This document shows, piece after piece, positions 1 to 12,996 of a stretch of DNA of 64,000 nt (position 1 is its first letter; each line of letters opens with the position of its first letter). Location of the stretch: the NCBI GenBank assembly GCA_965644295.1, contig CBFFRP010000208.1:62001-126000 (forward strand), given 5' to 3'. The position numbers were made by a program, and so were the translations under genes. The notes beneath the pieces are model-generated. The model saw nothing but the letters and a program-made list of their open reading frames with translations, had not been told where the DNA came from and did not search any database. This stretch comes from Paraphysomonas bandaiensis. Its lineage: Eukaryota > Protista > Chrysophyceae.

Positions 1-11
1 TTATATTATAG

Positions 12-394
12 GATAAAATCCGTCCTCTGTGGAGACACTACTATCAGAATACACAAGGACTGATCTTTGTTGTCGACTCTAACGATCGTGATCGTATTGA
101 TGCCGGTGCGTCATCATTTATCATTTCAAAAATATGTAGTTATTGTTTTCTTTAGCACGCGACGAACTTCACAGAATGCTCAATGAAGACGAGCTCCGCG
201 ACTCTATCCTCTTGGTATTCGCCAACAAGCAGGATCTGCCGAACGCGATGAGCGCCGCCGAGATGACTGACAAACTTGGCCTGCACGGACTCCGCCATAG
301 ACAGTGGTATATTCAGGCATGTTGTGCCACCACTGGAGATGGTCTCTACGAAGGGCTTGACTGGCTCTCTGCTACTCTCCAAAAGAGGGCGTAA
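12..394 (+). CDS. ARF1: ADP-ribosylation factor 1, 3' part (5' end outside window); exons 12-105 and 156-394
   Basis: [34 protein letters not shown] and [22 protein letters not shown]; GT-AG intron 106-155 (50 bp) restores the frame. Confidence 0.97.
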
Positions 395-1813
395 TTAATC
401 CTTTGTGATACCTTCTATAGACACCAGGCTTAGAACCCGTACCTTTGAACGTAGTCTTGGTAATCACCTCTGTGGGAGTTTTGTTTATTGTTATAATGTC
501 GGCTAATAATGATGTTGCTTACGATCGGTATGTCATATTATTCTTTTGTGCTTTCATCGGAGCTGCTGCTGGAGTGTACCACATCCAAATATCAAAATTG
601 CCTTCAATTATGATAAGAGATAGTCGTTAGCACATTAGAGCACACAAGAAAAAAATAAATCACTGAAAGCATGAACATAATCAACTGAATATCATTTCAC
701 ACAATGTTAAAATACGTATACTTCCCTAATATCGAACTTACTATCAAACAAAACTGTAAACGGGTATAAGTTACATAGTGTGAAACTAAAGCACCGTAAC
801 CCGCAACGATGATTCAGTTAAAGATTATCAGTGGTTGACGACGCACTTTAAGCCTAATGAAGTATGCAATGTGCACGCAGTAATAGGTAATAGTAACCTG
901 TAATCTATCAGGTCGCTATATCGACTTAACCTTCCTTCGACGATGAATCTAAGGGCTGAGGAAGTATATTCTAGTAGTACTGTAAGGTAGCGTCCTATCG
1001 ATAATATTGCAATACTTTCTAACCGCCCCAGCAATGCAATTGCAATATATTTGTGGGATTAATCAGCAGTACAGTTTGTTTATTTTTTATTATGGCATCG
1101 TACAGTATACAAATTCTTGTTGCAAGTAAGCGTTAATGGATAACAATACCACTACTAATTTTCGCTGATTAGGCACTGCGACAATTGAACCAAAAGCTCA
1201 TGGGTCTTTACCAGACAACATAAAAGTATGTCGTGAGTGTCTCAAAAAGAAGCTACAAATATGGAGGGACCAATTTAGAAGCAGAAGGTAATAAAACATT
1301 CAAGAAATATGTACAGGTATATTGACTGTTTTTCTCTCTCTTATGTCAGTATGTAATTCGAAATGAGCATTGCCTGGTTGCACTTGCTGAGAGTGGTGTT
1401 CTTACTAGTGTTTGTAGATGTGAACGAGGGATTAGAATATTGAGAGCGGTGCATGTAATCTTGATGCTGCTACTAATAACTGGGTAACCAACCACATACT
1501 AGATCTTACTCAGTATATTGTATTGAGTGTGGTCTGATTTCAGTCTACTGTATGTCCTCTTTGTCCCTGTGGGTGTCTCTGGCTGCGCCATAAAACTCCC
1601 TATTCGAAGTCATAGAATGTAAAATCATCGAGATTTGGCTAGAAACCCCCATATTTCTCCAGAATGGTGTTTTTATATTGTAGGAATATCCCTGATTTCC
1701 AGTATGAAAACCAGTTTTCCTGTATGCATTCTGCTATCAATACTCTGTAAGAGTGTATGTATAGATCTGACTGTGCAGGGTATATATGCCCATTACTGGT
1801 AGATTACCCCGCC

Positions 1814-2847
1814 ATGAACTCCTCCTCATGTCATACCAGTGAATCCCCTATCCATACAGTGGTGTTGGTGGGTAAGGTGCCCACTCTGTCAATGACCAAA
1901 ACACGCCTAATTCCCTCTATTGGAGAGCTGTCTACCCTCATGCTGTGTCAGTCGATGATAAAGGACACCCTCTCCTGTGTCTCCTGTCAGGTGATGGAGA
2001 GCTGTGAGCTGGTGTGGTACTTTGCACCCTCATCAGACAGAGACAGAGCGGAGGATCTGCTCAACGCGAGCTCATGTGCTGAGAAGTGGAGAGTAATGCC
2101 AATGCCTGATGTTTGTGGACTCCGATCAACGAGTTTGACAGATCTGTTAAAGTATGCTCTTCTCAATATTCCAGATAAGAGAAGGTTACTTACTGACATT
2201 TGTTGATACTGGTAATGTGTGTGAAGTTGTAGCTGTACACTGATCGGAAGTGACACTCCCCACCTTCCTTTTGATGAAATCGCAAGAGGACAAAAATACG
2301 CTGAGAATGGTCAATGTTACATATGTCCAGGTGAAAAATATCTTCTTTGTTTATCTGTTTCCCATGCTAATGTCGAATGATATAGCTGAAGATGGCGGGT
2401 ACGTATTGCTGACAGTTCCTCTTTCAAGCGAGTTACAAAAGTGCTCCCTATTTGATGAAGTATATCAGAATCATATGTATTTCTCTTTGTCACTACTGTG
2501 ATACATATTCTGTAGGTGGAATGGTCGTCGCCAAATACTTTAACCACGCAGATTCAGGCCTTAGAGAGATCTGGTTATTGTTCTAAAATGCACCGACGAT
2601 GTACAGTGTAACAATTTCATAGGTTTCAGTGTCATCGTTGGAAATACGTACAGAGACGTGGATGATATAGATGACCTTCGTTGGCTCTGGGAGCGGCGCC
2701 AAATGCACATAGCAGATAAGAGTGTGAGTCCAAAGGAAGTACGCCGTGCACATTTTAACTGTCCTTCAGGTAGACGACAAATATAGCAGTACACCATGTC
2801 AAACTTTAGCAGTGTTAGAAGATATATTTTTGAGGGCTGATGTATAG
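1814..2847 (+). CDS. DUF2064 / TIGR04282-type (CofC-like) nucleotide-diphospho-sugar transferase, ~6 exons
   Basis: Manual splicing gives K-P..KTRLIPSIG..MIKDT, LIGSDTPHLP, CPAEDGGYVL, VEWSSPNTL and RDVDDIDDL, the motif order of this family; short GT-AG introns (e.g. 2185-2232). Last exon boundary uncertain. Confidence 0.75.
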
Positions 2848-3039
2848 ATAATCATCGAAACTAGGTTAAGCACCATGTGGGTTTCGCTGTATGCTACTAT
2901 GGTTACAGAGATATATGAGGTGCATCACTTGTATATTGAGAAGATTATATGTGCATTATTGTGTGCCATCGAGTTTATATAGAAATAATAATTTGCACCC
3001 CCCTACGCCGTATTGAAGGTTTTGTAGAATGTATATATG

Positions 3040-3410
3040 TCAACTAAATTAATTGGTTTTTAAAATGATAATTTCAATTAATTGTCTGGCTTAATTTTAT
3101 ATCCTCTTGAGATGTATAGCTACTGATCATAGGTACAAATGTACAAACGCATTTATCTGTTAGCAAAGAAGCTTCGATGTATGTGCACAGTCACTTTATC
3201 ATTTTATTTATCATAATTGCGCGACAGTATAAGCCTCAGCACACAAGAAAAATAAATTGTAAATATAGTCGTAACGCACAGCTGATTGCTTCAAAATATT
3301 CAACTGATAATAAGACTTTCACACATAGTTAATAATAGCAATTATTATTGTTGGATACATGATACATGTCACCTGTCACCGAGTAATTGTTACGCACTAC
3401 GCAGGCCTGG
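3040..3410. mobile_element. Degenerate hAT-like DNA transposon/MITE remnant
   Basis: Colinear with 18555-19029 (AGATGTATAGCTACTGATCATAG, ATCATAATTG, TATTATTGTTGG); ends TAATTGTT..CAGGCCTG, like the right TIR of the MITE at 40719-40809. Confidence 0.55.
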
Positions 3411-3700
3411 CCTGGTAGTCAACTCCGCAATCCATTTTGTGCATCTTTATCACTCGCGTATACTCTGTAAGTGCTTGGTCGTAAGCTGATTAGGCTATAG
3501 TAATGGGCTAATTTGGGTTGTGTATTGTGTAGTATAATACCATTGCATATACGTGCATCATCATATGATCACTTCGTCGATATATGGATCAAGGAGAGAT
3601 TGCATGGCAATAAGTAATCTTAATGTTATAAAGAGCTAACCTAGGAAGAGAAATCCATAGTACATTAAAATATCCATAGTCTATTAAAATATAGTGTATG

Positions 3701-4528
3701 CTACTCACTGTCGACCTTCCCATTTTTCAGTCTCCACACATCTATAGGAACACGCCCGGCGCCACCATTCACACCTTTATCAGTCTCTTCGTCGTCGTTA
3801 TCATTCTTATTGTCAGTTTCTGAGTACCATTTCTTTTGCATCTCCCTACGAGCATCCTCTTCTCGTCGCCACTCTTCCATCGCAATTGCAAACGTTTCTT
3901 CTTTAGATAGCTCATTTCCAGGTGGTGCGAAAAATACTCTAGGCACTCGTCGGAGTTCCATATGTCGCATTATATAAGTTCTAAACTTAGACTCATTTTT
4001 CTGGAGTATAGCAGTGGTCTTCGAGTATATTCGTTCCTTGATTTCATCGCCTTCACTTTCCTCATGTTTCGCATAAAACTCTTTAACAAAACCCTCCAGT
4101 AAATCGGATCCCCAGACTACATCAACATGACTCAAATCTCGGTTTACTTTTACACGCTTTATATTCACAACATTCGATGTCTCTGGAATATCTTTAAATA
4201 TTCCGTACAGAGAGTTTGAGGACAGCGCGTCTTCTAGTAGTTCAGTTATCTCACATGATGTGGTCTCCATCGCTCCAATCTCAGAGGGATGCAACTCATT
4301 TCTAGATCGACCTTCCAGTCTCTTACGCAGTTTCGTTCTTGCTGATTTCTGTAAAGCCGATTCATTCGATATGTTCTTATCTAGTTGAGCAGTGAGACTA
4401 TTAGAGAGAGGAGTGGATCGCTGATGACCAGACATCAATCGACAAGACACAACTAACACACATCTATCTCCGATACGAGACAGAGAAGTCAGAGATTTGC
4501 TACAGGGGACTAACTGTCTTGCAAACAT
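3701..4528 (-). CDS. RBFA: Organellar (probably mitochondrial) ribosome-binding factor A-like protein, single exon
   Basis: IKRVKVNRDLSHVDVVW and FRTYIMRHMELRRVPRVFF match the RbfA fold; Arg/Ser-rich N-terminus MFARQLV resembles a transit peptide. Confidence 0.75.
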   Translation of the reverse strand: MFARQLVPCSKSLTSLSRIGDRCVLVVSCRLMSGHQRSTPLSNSLTAQLDKNISNESALQKSARTKLRKRLEGRSRNELHPSEIGAMETTSCEITELLEDALSSNSLYGIFKDIPETSNVVNIKRVKVNRDLSHVDVVWGSDLLEGFVKEFYAKHEESEGDEIKERIYSKTTAILQKNESKFRTYIMRHMELRRVPRVFFAPPGNELSKEETFAIAMEEWRREEDARREMQKKWYSETDNKNDNDDEETDKGVNGGAGRVPIDVWRLKNGKVDSE

Positions 4529-4547
4529 TACTGCGACTGGTATGTGA

Positions 4548-4581
<34 letters not shown>

Positions 4582-6102
4582 ATCCCTCAGAACACTCCTC
4601 TACAGGAGCCGGAATTGTATGCGTGAGACTCCTGGACACACACATCTCGACATCACTGGCATGTACTGCTGTATATGCAGTATATACGTATTCCTATACC
4701 CTAGAATACGTTGTGTGGGGTGCGTGTGGCATGCCTGGTATGGTATATCGATAGGCCGTATGAGGTGGGCTGTGGACAGGTGGGGCCATCGCTATCACAC
4801 CATCACAGTGTTGAATCTTAACAACACAGCCATCACATCACCATCTTGGATGATCTGACCTTAGAGATCACTCCACTGCCCCACCCGTGTTGGCCTTCTC
4901 ATAGCTTCGCATGACTGTGTATGTACATGCATGGCTTAGCCAGTCCCTCTGAGCGCTGCGGATGCTCGTAGTTATGTATGGCCATGCAAGTACATACAAA
5001 TAATACGCTATGTATAGCTTAGTTTAATCTGCGCCACGACAACACCACCGTACACCCTGTAGTAGGACAGTTAAGATCACAGTCCGTGCTATGATCAGTG
5101 TGGTTAAGAGTGTGGCCACGAGCACGATATGTGAGGTTATCACTACGAGCAATAGAGCTGCTAGATGGTTTATGGGATTAACTTTCATAAGAATAGTACA
5201 AGTACAATGAGCAAATAGCGATCAAAAAGTACTTACGATATGAAGATATTACACATACGCTATAGCAGTTTTGTATCTTGTAACACTAAATGAAACAAAC
5301 TACAACTTTTATTACCGAGTAGTTTATTATATGCTTGGTTCAATATTGATGAAATAGTACTGTCAATTCAGAATATTTGCAACACTGTGAATACCACACT
5401 TTTTGATAATACATATCTCCTACTTCAGCGCAACAACAAGATAATTCTACAACTTTATTTATAAGTATTTCTTTAAAATATGCCGTTGTTATATTACACT
5501 TTTCTTTTCTACCTCCATAGTCCTGTTTACTATTTTATGTTGTTATGTATAGTAAATAGGAATGGTGTAGAAACTAGAAACAGATATTGGATTTGTAAGT
5601 TTGCACCTATATTCAGTAGCTATACAGCGTAAGGTACTAACTATAAAATTAAGCCAGCAAATTAAGTAGCAACATGAAGCAATAATAATTCCGTTATCAT
5701 TTTTTAAACCAATTGTTATGTAAGTCTGCTTGGGGCCCTTGGTTCGTCGTTGCGTGTGTGGAGCATTTCTTATGGAAATACCTTTCAACATTTGAAACAT
5801 CTGATTTTATTATTTTAAGTTGCTTGTACAGCCCATTGCATTAACTGCAAGATACTACACATGCAATGAGTATAGAAACAACGGTCTACAGTGTTGACCC
5901 ATGACAGGACTACAAACTACATCAGGCACAAAGCGTCTTAGAGTACAAGAATCAACACGTATTTATATGTTATAAGGAGAGGATACGAGCTGCAAAATAT
6001 TACAATCATACAGACGACTTCTATTCCGACGCCGCTCTCCACTGGTTAATAACAGGGGTATGGACATAAACGCTACAATTCAAACCAGAACAAAGTGACT
6101 TG

Positions 6103-7012
6103 TCAGATTCCTGCTTTAAACGACTTCGCGACTTCCCTGTCAGCTTTATTAGTGTTAATTGCCTTCACAGCCTTGAGTTCTTTAATAAGTGATCTTTCCA
6201 AAAGAGTATCAGGTCCTTCTGCCGCGATAAGCTGCCTGATTTGCTCCTCGTATGCCTGGTACAATATAATAATGCCTTGTACGTACACACCAGCACACGT
6301 ACCTGCACACAGAGATCTTTCAGCTCTGCGCTGCTCTTTTTGCTCAAGTTTCGCAGGGAAGGACATGTAGACATATCTCTTTGATCTACAATAGCGCCCA
6401 TGTTATCCATCTGCTCAGCACAAAATATAAATAGAGGTTCCAAAGTGTGAAGCATAATGTACTACTTACTGATGTGCAGACAAACACTCCAGGAAACCCC
6501 TCCAATGGTTCATAGCCCTCTCCAGGGCACGCATCCAGTGAAGCTTCGTCTGGCCAGGAAATAGCGTACCACCACCGCACTAACAGCCGCTGTACGAGGT
6601 TGCCCTTTGTAGTCTGGTAGAAACTCTCTGGTATGGTGGAGGAGGCCATGGGATCACCCTTCATTGCCTTCACTACACTAGGTTTCGACTTGTCAGGTCG
6701 TTTCGAAGCCGCCGAAGTAGATTTAGCAGAAGTGCTCGAGTTCGATACCTTCGACTGAGACTTACGGCTAGCCGCAGAGGCAGTCGCAGCTGCAGGTTTG
6801 GTGTTCTTAGCCTGCTGCTTCCTCTTCACAAGCTCCGCTACAGGTATATCATCTTCATCATCATCATCATGCGTGACAGGCTCCTTCTTTACAGCTACAC
6901 CACGCCTCCGAAGCATTTCAGCAATAGGTATATCATCATCACTGTCTGACCACGAGGGAGTCGTGGGCTCTACTTTGACTTTCTTTGTAGGGGGCTGTGC
7001 TGGGTCAGACAT
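6103..7012 (-). CDS. Hypothetical protein, 3 exons, with DDDIP repeats and an LVQRLLVRWWY domain
   Basis: ORFs 6386-7012, 6165-6455 and 6103-6366 join through GT-AG introns into one frame; function not recognised. Confidence 0.8.
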
Positions 7013-7600
7013 CGTATGATTCTATCACCCGGATCAAGCTACTATTGGATGGGTGAGCTGTGTGCACTATGATGATGGAGAGGAGATGCCTTTGTTTGCA
7101 CCGTTAGCAGACTATACACATACATGTATATGCTGTATATATATGTGTATATATGTACACGGTACATTGCTATACAGTTCATACCTATACACATACTACA
7201 TACGCTGATACGCAGATCCACTGCGTACTGCTGTACACAGCGCAGTACATGGACTTCATATCCAGACATACGCAGAAAGACAACACTCATATTTGAAATA
7301 GAGACGGTATTCTGCTGATACAGTGGAATACAGTCAATGAATACCTCCAACTGCAAACTGTATACCACTATATAGAGTACAACAGTATACGTACAGCAGT
7401 ACAACAGTGCAGCAGTACTTGCGAGGAGTAGGAGAGTACATGGTGCTGTATGTATTGCTGTGTGTATACCATGGAGGTCTATATATACACAGCACACTGC
7501 TGTGGATCAAGAAATATACACATACATATATCTCAACTAGAAACTCATCAACAACACCCTCATCCATCCGCCCACTCTCCTCCATTCTCTCCCCCATAAA

Positions 7601-9677
7601 ATGCAAGATATTCAGAGCTCTTCATTCGATCTGGACGGACTGAATATGTGCATATCTTCCCTTCAGTTGAGTGGGTTTCCATCAGCTAAGATTAAAGTAG
7701 ATGAGCTTCTCTTGGAGTGGATTAACATAAATGACACCGGAAAAATTATTGATTTTTTACTTGAAGAAGCTTCATCCAGGACATCTGACGGACACAGCAT
7801 ACCGGCCCCTCCTGATATCCAGAACAGCACTCCTCCGCCCCGATCACCTTCAAACAATCGATCGCCTAAGAAACGACTCCAGTCTGAGATATCTAATGCA
7901 CCGGAGAAGACAAAAGGCGAAAAATTGGATCTATCTATTGATAAGGGTTCGGAATCTGAGGATAGTAGTTCTGCACAGACGACACGTCGCCGGTCGAACA
8001 TTGACACGATTCCTGTGTTCTATGTGCGTGGCCGGGGCCACCGCTCGAGGAAGCCCATAGTAGAGGACCAGCTTATGCTTAAACTCACCGAGATAGAGTC
8101 ATACTTCAAAGCTTATCCTTCCGGTATCCCATTTGCGAACTTCGTTCATATAACGAAAGGTTTGTGCGGACTACCGTCTTTCTTTAACCTGCCCCTTTGT
8201 CGACGTATCACCCAACTTTACCCTCCTGCTGCTAACCCTTCTGAAAAGTCCAGCGGGTCCCGACAGAATCGACAGCCTGCAGCTGCAGCAGGGATGGGTA
8301 CCGGGCGCATCACCTTGAAGATGTTTCTCCAGTTTTGGCAGGCAGAGATGGAACCCTTCGACAGATACGAAAGATTTTTTCGACTGATCAAGCAGCCAAC
8401 CCCTGGTGTGGACTACATCGCTAAGGATGATTTTGTTCCCTTTATACAAGAACTTCTTCATTTTCACCCAGGGTTGGAGTTTCTTGAGAGTCATGATGAA
8501 TTTCAACGGAAGTACGCTCTGACAGTTATCGCCCGCATATTCTTCAAAGTTAATCTCTCACGTACTGGACGACTATCACTCCGGGAAGTGCGAGGTTCGA
8601 ATATAGCGGCAGAATTTATGCACGTCGACGAAGAGACGGATATCAACCGTGTGGTAGAGTATTTTTCATATGAACATTTTTATGTGTTGTATTGCCGGTT
8701 CTTCGAGCTCGATGCTGACAAGGACTCCAAATTATCAAGAGACGACCTCCTCAAGTATGGAGAGCATGCTCTCTCTGAAGCCATTGTTGACAGGCAATAG
8801 ATCATGCACTTCCTCAGTCACTGTATTTGTAATTTTATGAATTCAGAGTTTTTCAGGTTGGATGTCGGGCATTTTCAGATGGAAAAGAGGGCGGCTATAA
8901 TGCTGGTGGCATGACGTACTCAGATTTTGTGTACTTCATGTTGGCAGAAGAGGATAAAACCAGTGAGGCCTCACTTTCCTACTGGTTTGCATGTTGCGAC
9001 CTGGATAGCAATGGTGTTATCACTCCTGATGAGCTGCGGTACTTTTACCGCTCGCAGCTGCACCGGATAGCTAGTCTGGTGCGTGCTTTTTTCCCGTTTG
9101 CCTTGTTCTATGTACACATATATATATATATTGTATATCTCCTTAACTGTGTTTTTGGTGTTGTATAATTATAGGGCCAAGAAACCGTCAGTTTTGCAGA
9201 TGTCATGTGCCAAATGATCGATATGATTTCCCCGAATGATGAAAGGGCCATCACTCTGAAGGATCTCCTTCGACCCAGCAAACGAGCATACAGCGGTGAG
9301 CATATTCGATTAATGCGGTGTATTTCACAATTTGATATGTAGGCGTACTCTTTGATGTACTGTTTAACCTCCACAAATTCATGAGATTTGAGGCGCGGGA
9401 TCCATTTCAAGAGAAACAGCGCCGAGAGGATATGTTCCAGTGCGATTGGGACCGCTTCGCTCACATTGAGTATCATCGACTTGCTGCCGAAGAGGAAGAG
9501 GGTTATGATTCGAGTATGGACGTGGATATTGGAGAGGAGGGAAAAAGGCACCAAGCTGACATGTCAGCGGACTCTGATTGGCTAATAGATGATGACGACG
9601 ATGACGATGATGACCTTGTACTTTCCCGCAGTATGGAGAAGAGAGGTGCAAAGGGATCTAAAGGAGTAGGTAGGTAG
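7601..9677 (+). CDS. Protein phosphatase 2A regulatory subunit B'' (PR72/PPP2R3-like, EF-hand)
   Basis: HPGLEFL, YFSYEHFYVLYCRFFELDADKD, EEDKTSEASLSYWF..DLDSNG and DWDRFAHIEY; start codon uncertain. Confidence 0.92.
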
Positions 9678-10046
9678 GGGTGGCTCAGTTCGATATGAAA
9701 TAGTGTTTGAATGCGTGTTTTGTGAAAGAACTTGCCGGCTCATGAATTGTACTTGTAATTCGATCGCCTCGTTCCTGGTTTATTATTCATACTTGTAGTA
9801 GCTAGTAATTACTATTAAGAATAATCATCGTGGAGAGATAACTTATCTGGTTGGGATCTATTATTGGACCCAGTTATTGGGTGTAAAATTGGTCAGCCTG
9901 TTGAGCTTTGCTTATTTGTGATATTAAAAGGTGTATTATTGTGAGGTATTCGATTTAAGGTATGCAGTAGATAAAAATGTAGTTAATTATGTGAATTACG
10001 AGTTTTGTTAGAGAAACTGAAATAAATAAGAATTACTGCTGCTTGT

Positions 10047-10240
10047 AGTGAATGTCTTCTTTTAGCAATATAGGCGTGTAAAAGTCAGAACTAATGTAGC
10101 ATTGCAATTGAACTAGCTAGTGCTTAACTCTGATATTCTACTATTTTGCGCTACGAAAGCTGCTTGTGTGCCACCGCAAGGTGTAACCACTTTCGCTCTA
10201 TAGCTCTAAAGCAAACGCAGTGTGCAAAAGCAGAATGTTG
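10047..10240 (-). mobile_element. Retroposon family A, 3' tail fragment (tail type 1)
   Basis: Reverse complement of the tail GAGCGAAAGTGG..CACAAGCAGCTTTCGTAGC..ACGCCTAT..GACATTCACT seen at 41415-41555. Confidence 0.8.
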
Positions 10241-11101
10241 AGTTATGTATATGGGAGGATAGTGTTCCGAAAGGGAAAGCAAGATGGTGCGAGGTAGAGG
10301 TATAGAATCTGTAGTGTCTCAGGGCGCAGATTGCAGTGTATAAGTTGGACGTATATAGAGTTGGCGGAGTCATCTACGTTGGGGCTCTCGTTGTAATATT
10401 CAGTGAAAGATATATCTTCGTACTTCGTATTAGAGTTAGTAGAAGGTAAATTGTATTAAGTTTCAGATAAGGAATAAAGCCTAATAGTAAAACAGCAAGA
10501 CTAATCACATAAAAATGTATCTTGTACAGTCTTGTTATTTATATTGTCCATTAATAATTTAGTCAATTCTTATGTTATTGTGCCTTGTTGATTACACGCA
10601 TACACGCATGTAATATATTATGTTAAGAGGTATAAGTGAATTAGTGAATCTTTACAGAAATAATTAGTGAGATATCAGATCGTATCTATTTGTCTTTCTG
10701 ATATTCAACTGTCTAAGATATGATAATGTTGATTGGTAGTTGAGGGAATATAAATATAAATGTAGCGAATATCAATGAATGACGAGGGAAGTTGTAAGTA
10801 ATATATATTATTACGAATTGACTATTGTGTGAGTTCAAGTTATATCACCATTCTAATATGTCCAATTGTTTACTAACAACACTAAAGTCAACAGCTAATT
10901 CTACTGTTACTCCTCTAGTAACTACGAATTACCCTATAGGGAATTGATCTGACATTATAGATGATTGGCACTTGTGTACAACCTACACAACGCAAAAAAG
11001 ATATACTATGTATCCAACAAATACGCAAATGATTTGATATATTAATTAGATGGATCTATATGTGTGTCGTTATTTATTCTTGCAGACAGCAGGGTTCCAC
11101 G

Positions 11102-12357
11102 TTATTGTGATTTCTTCTTATATCGATGATACTTCTTGAACGTATTCCGGTGTTTAGCTATGAACTCTGTCTTTTTCTCCTCCAAATACTCATCTAGTAC
11201 TGTCCCTGATCTCCACACTTCCCGGTTTACCAACAACTGCTGGTCCTGTGGAGAGAGGGAGCCCCACATCCCAGTGCCGACTGCATGGGCTGCGAACTCC
11301 CACTTCTCGTCCTCAGACAACTGATGGAAATAGAAACATCCACATTGTCAAATATACATAAATTGAAGTATATATCCGCATACCTCATCTGACGTTGCCG
11401 TAGCAGCACGATACTTCCTGCGAATCCAAAGGCAAACATCCATGGGAAGGAGCAACAGCCATATCAGAAAAACATCTCTATATGTGGGCTTTTTGTAACC
11501 ACCCTCTATTTGCACTTCCCCAACTACCTTCTCAGCAGACAAAAATAAGCCTAGTAGTGATGTATCACTCCTCACGTACCTCCTCCACAACCGCTAAAAA
11601 TGCTGGATCCTGTGCCAATTTTGTAGGTTTAATCTTGCTTGCAGTCTCTCCATTACGCTCGCGAAACCGCTGCAGAGCACGTTTATGGAGCTCAACTGTC
11701 TGAAGTGTTCCCCCACTTTTGACGCCCAAATTGTTTGCTGTTGCAGTAAAGAGATAGTTCTTGGCACGACGCCATTTCTCGTACTGAACAAATGGCAGTA
11801 ATACGGATAAAAATAATACCACACCGGATATAACAAGTCGAACATCTGCCTTTGGCAGCTGGCGGTAGTAGAACTTCCCGGTGACCTTGTAGTATTCCTG
11901 TATGTGATACTATTAGTTGCAGACTATCTATAAAGCGCGAGATCTAAGTGCCTACCCTAGGGTGGTCAAGGTAGTAATCGTACAACTCCTTTTGCTCCAC
12001 ATCTCCGAGAACTTCCATAGCCTTAGCTGCTTCTCGGAATGCCGTCGTAGTATCAACATCTTTATTCTTGTCTGGGTGCAACTTTAATGCCAGTGATCTG
12101 TAAGCCTTCAAGAGCAGCACGAATGAGAGATCCGTTACAGAGGAGTATATATGAGGCACCTTCTTTATGGATTTTAGTGTATCTCGACGTGATACACCCA
12201 ACACGTCATAGCAGTCCTTATTACCACAGAATATATTAACTGAATACGACACTTATCACATAAGACAGATAGATCAGATGTTCTCACAGGGATCTTCAAT
12301 TGCATATGCAGCACTGCATGTGCTCAACAGTATAACGAGGCTATATGCACAGTGCAT
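11102..12357 (-). CDS. DNAJC25: DnaJ homolog subfamily C member 25-like (signal peptide, J domain, TM segments)
   Basis: Signal peptide MHCAYSLVILLSTCSAAYA, then IFCGNKDCYDVLGV, LHPDKN (HPD) and GGYKKPTYRDVFLIWLLLLP. Confidence 0.85.
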
Positions 12358-12996
12358 TGCTGATTAAGGATATCTTAATGCTCGATCAACCCTATTGTAC
12401 GTAAGCCACACACCGTAGACAGAGAATGAAATTATAGTTGAAAGGTATGTTAAGGTACAAGAGGAACTGTGCAATTGACGTGACCGCTCATTAAATTGAA
12501 CACATTAAAATTGAGGGAAAATATGTCAAAATGCGGGAAAAGTACGTCAAAATATCTCTGAATATTTCCTGTTTTTACAGAATTGTCTGGACAAAAAGGA
12601 CAAAAACAGTATTGTGATTGCACTGTTTTTTGACGGTTGTAAATCTTTGTCTGGAGCCAACCACTAACACCACATCAAAAAACAACAATATCGCAGATTT
12701 CTATTAGAAAACCCCGTCTATTCGCATATTTAGCATGTTAAACCACCAGAAATACCCCACTTGAGTGCGTATTTCCGCATACGGAGCGCATATCCTGCCG
12801 GCCTGTTAGTAGGCTGAAATTCAAACTGGTGAAATTAATCAGCTGAACACCATCAGACAGATCCGCATATCTCGCGACTGCATCATTCCAGTGTCGTGTG
12901 AATCATATTTCCAGTGAGGGTATTTGCGTTCATTACAGTGAGGCGGTGCGTGTCGATAGCCGTTCATTACATGTCAATATATTAATAGAGGAGTCA

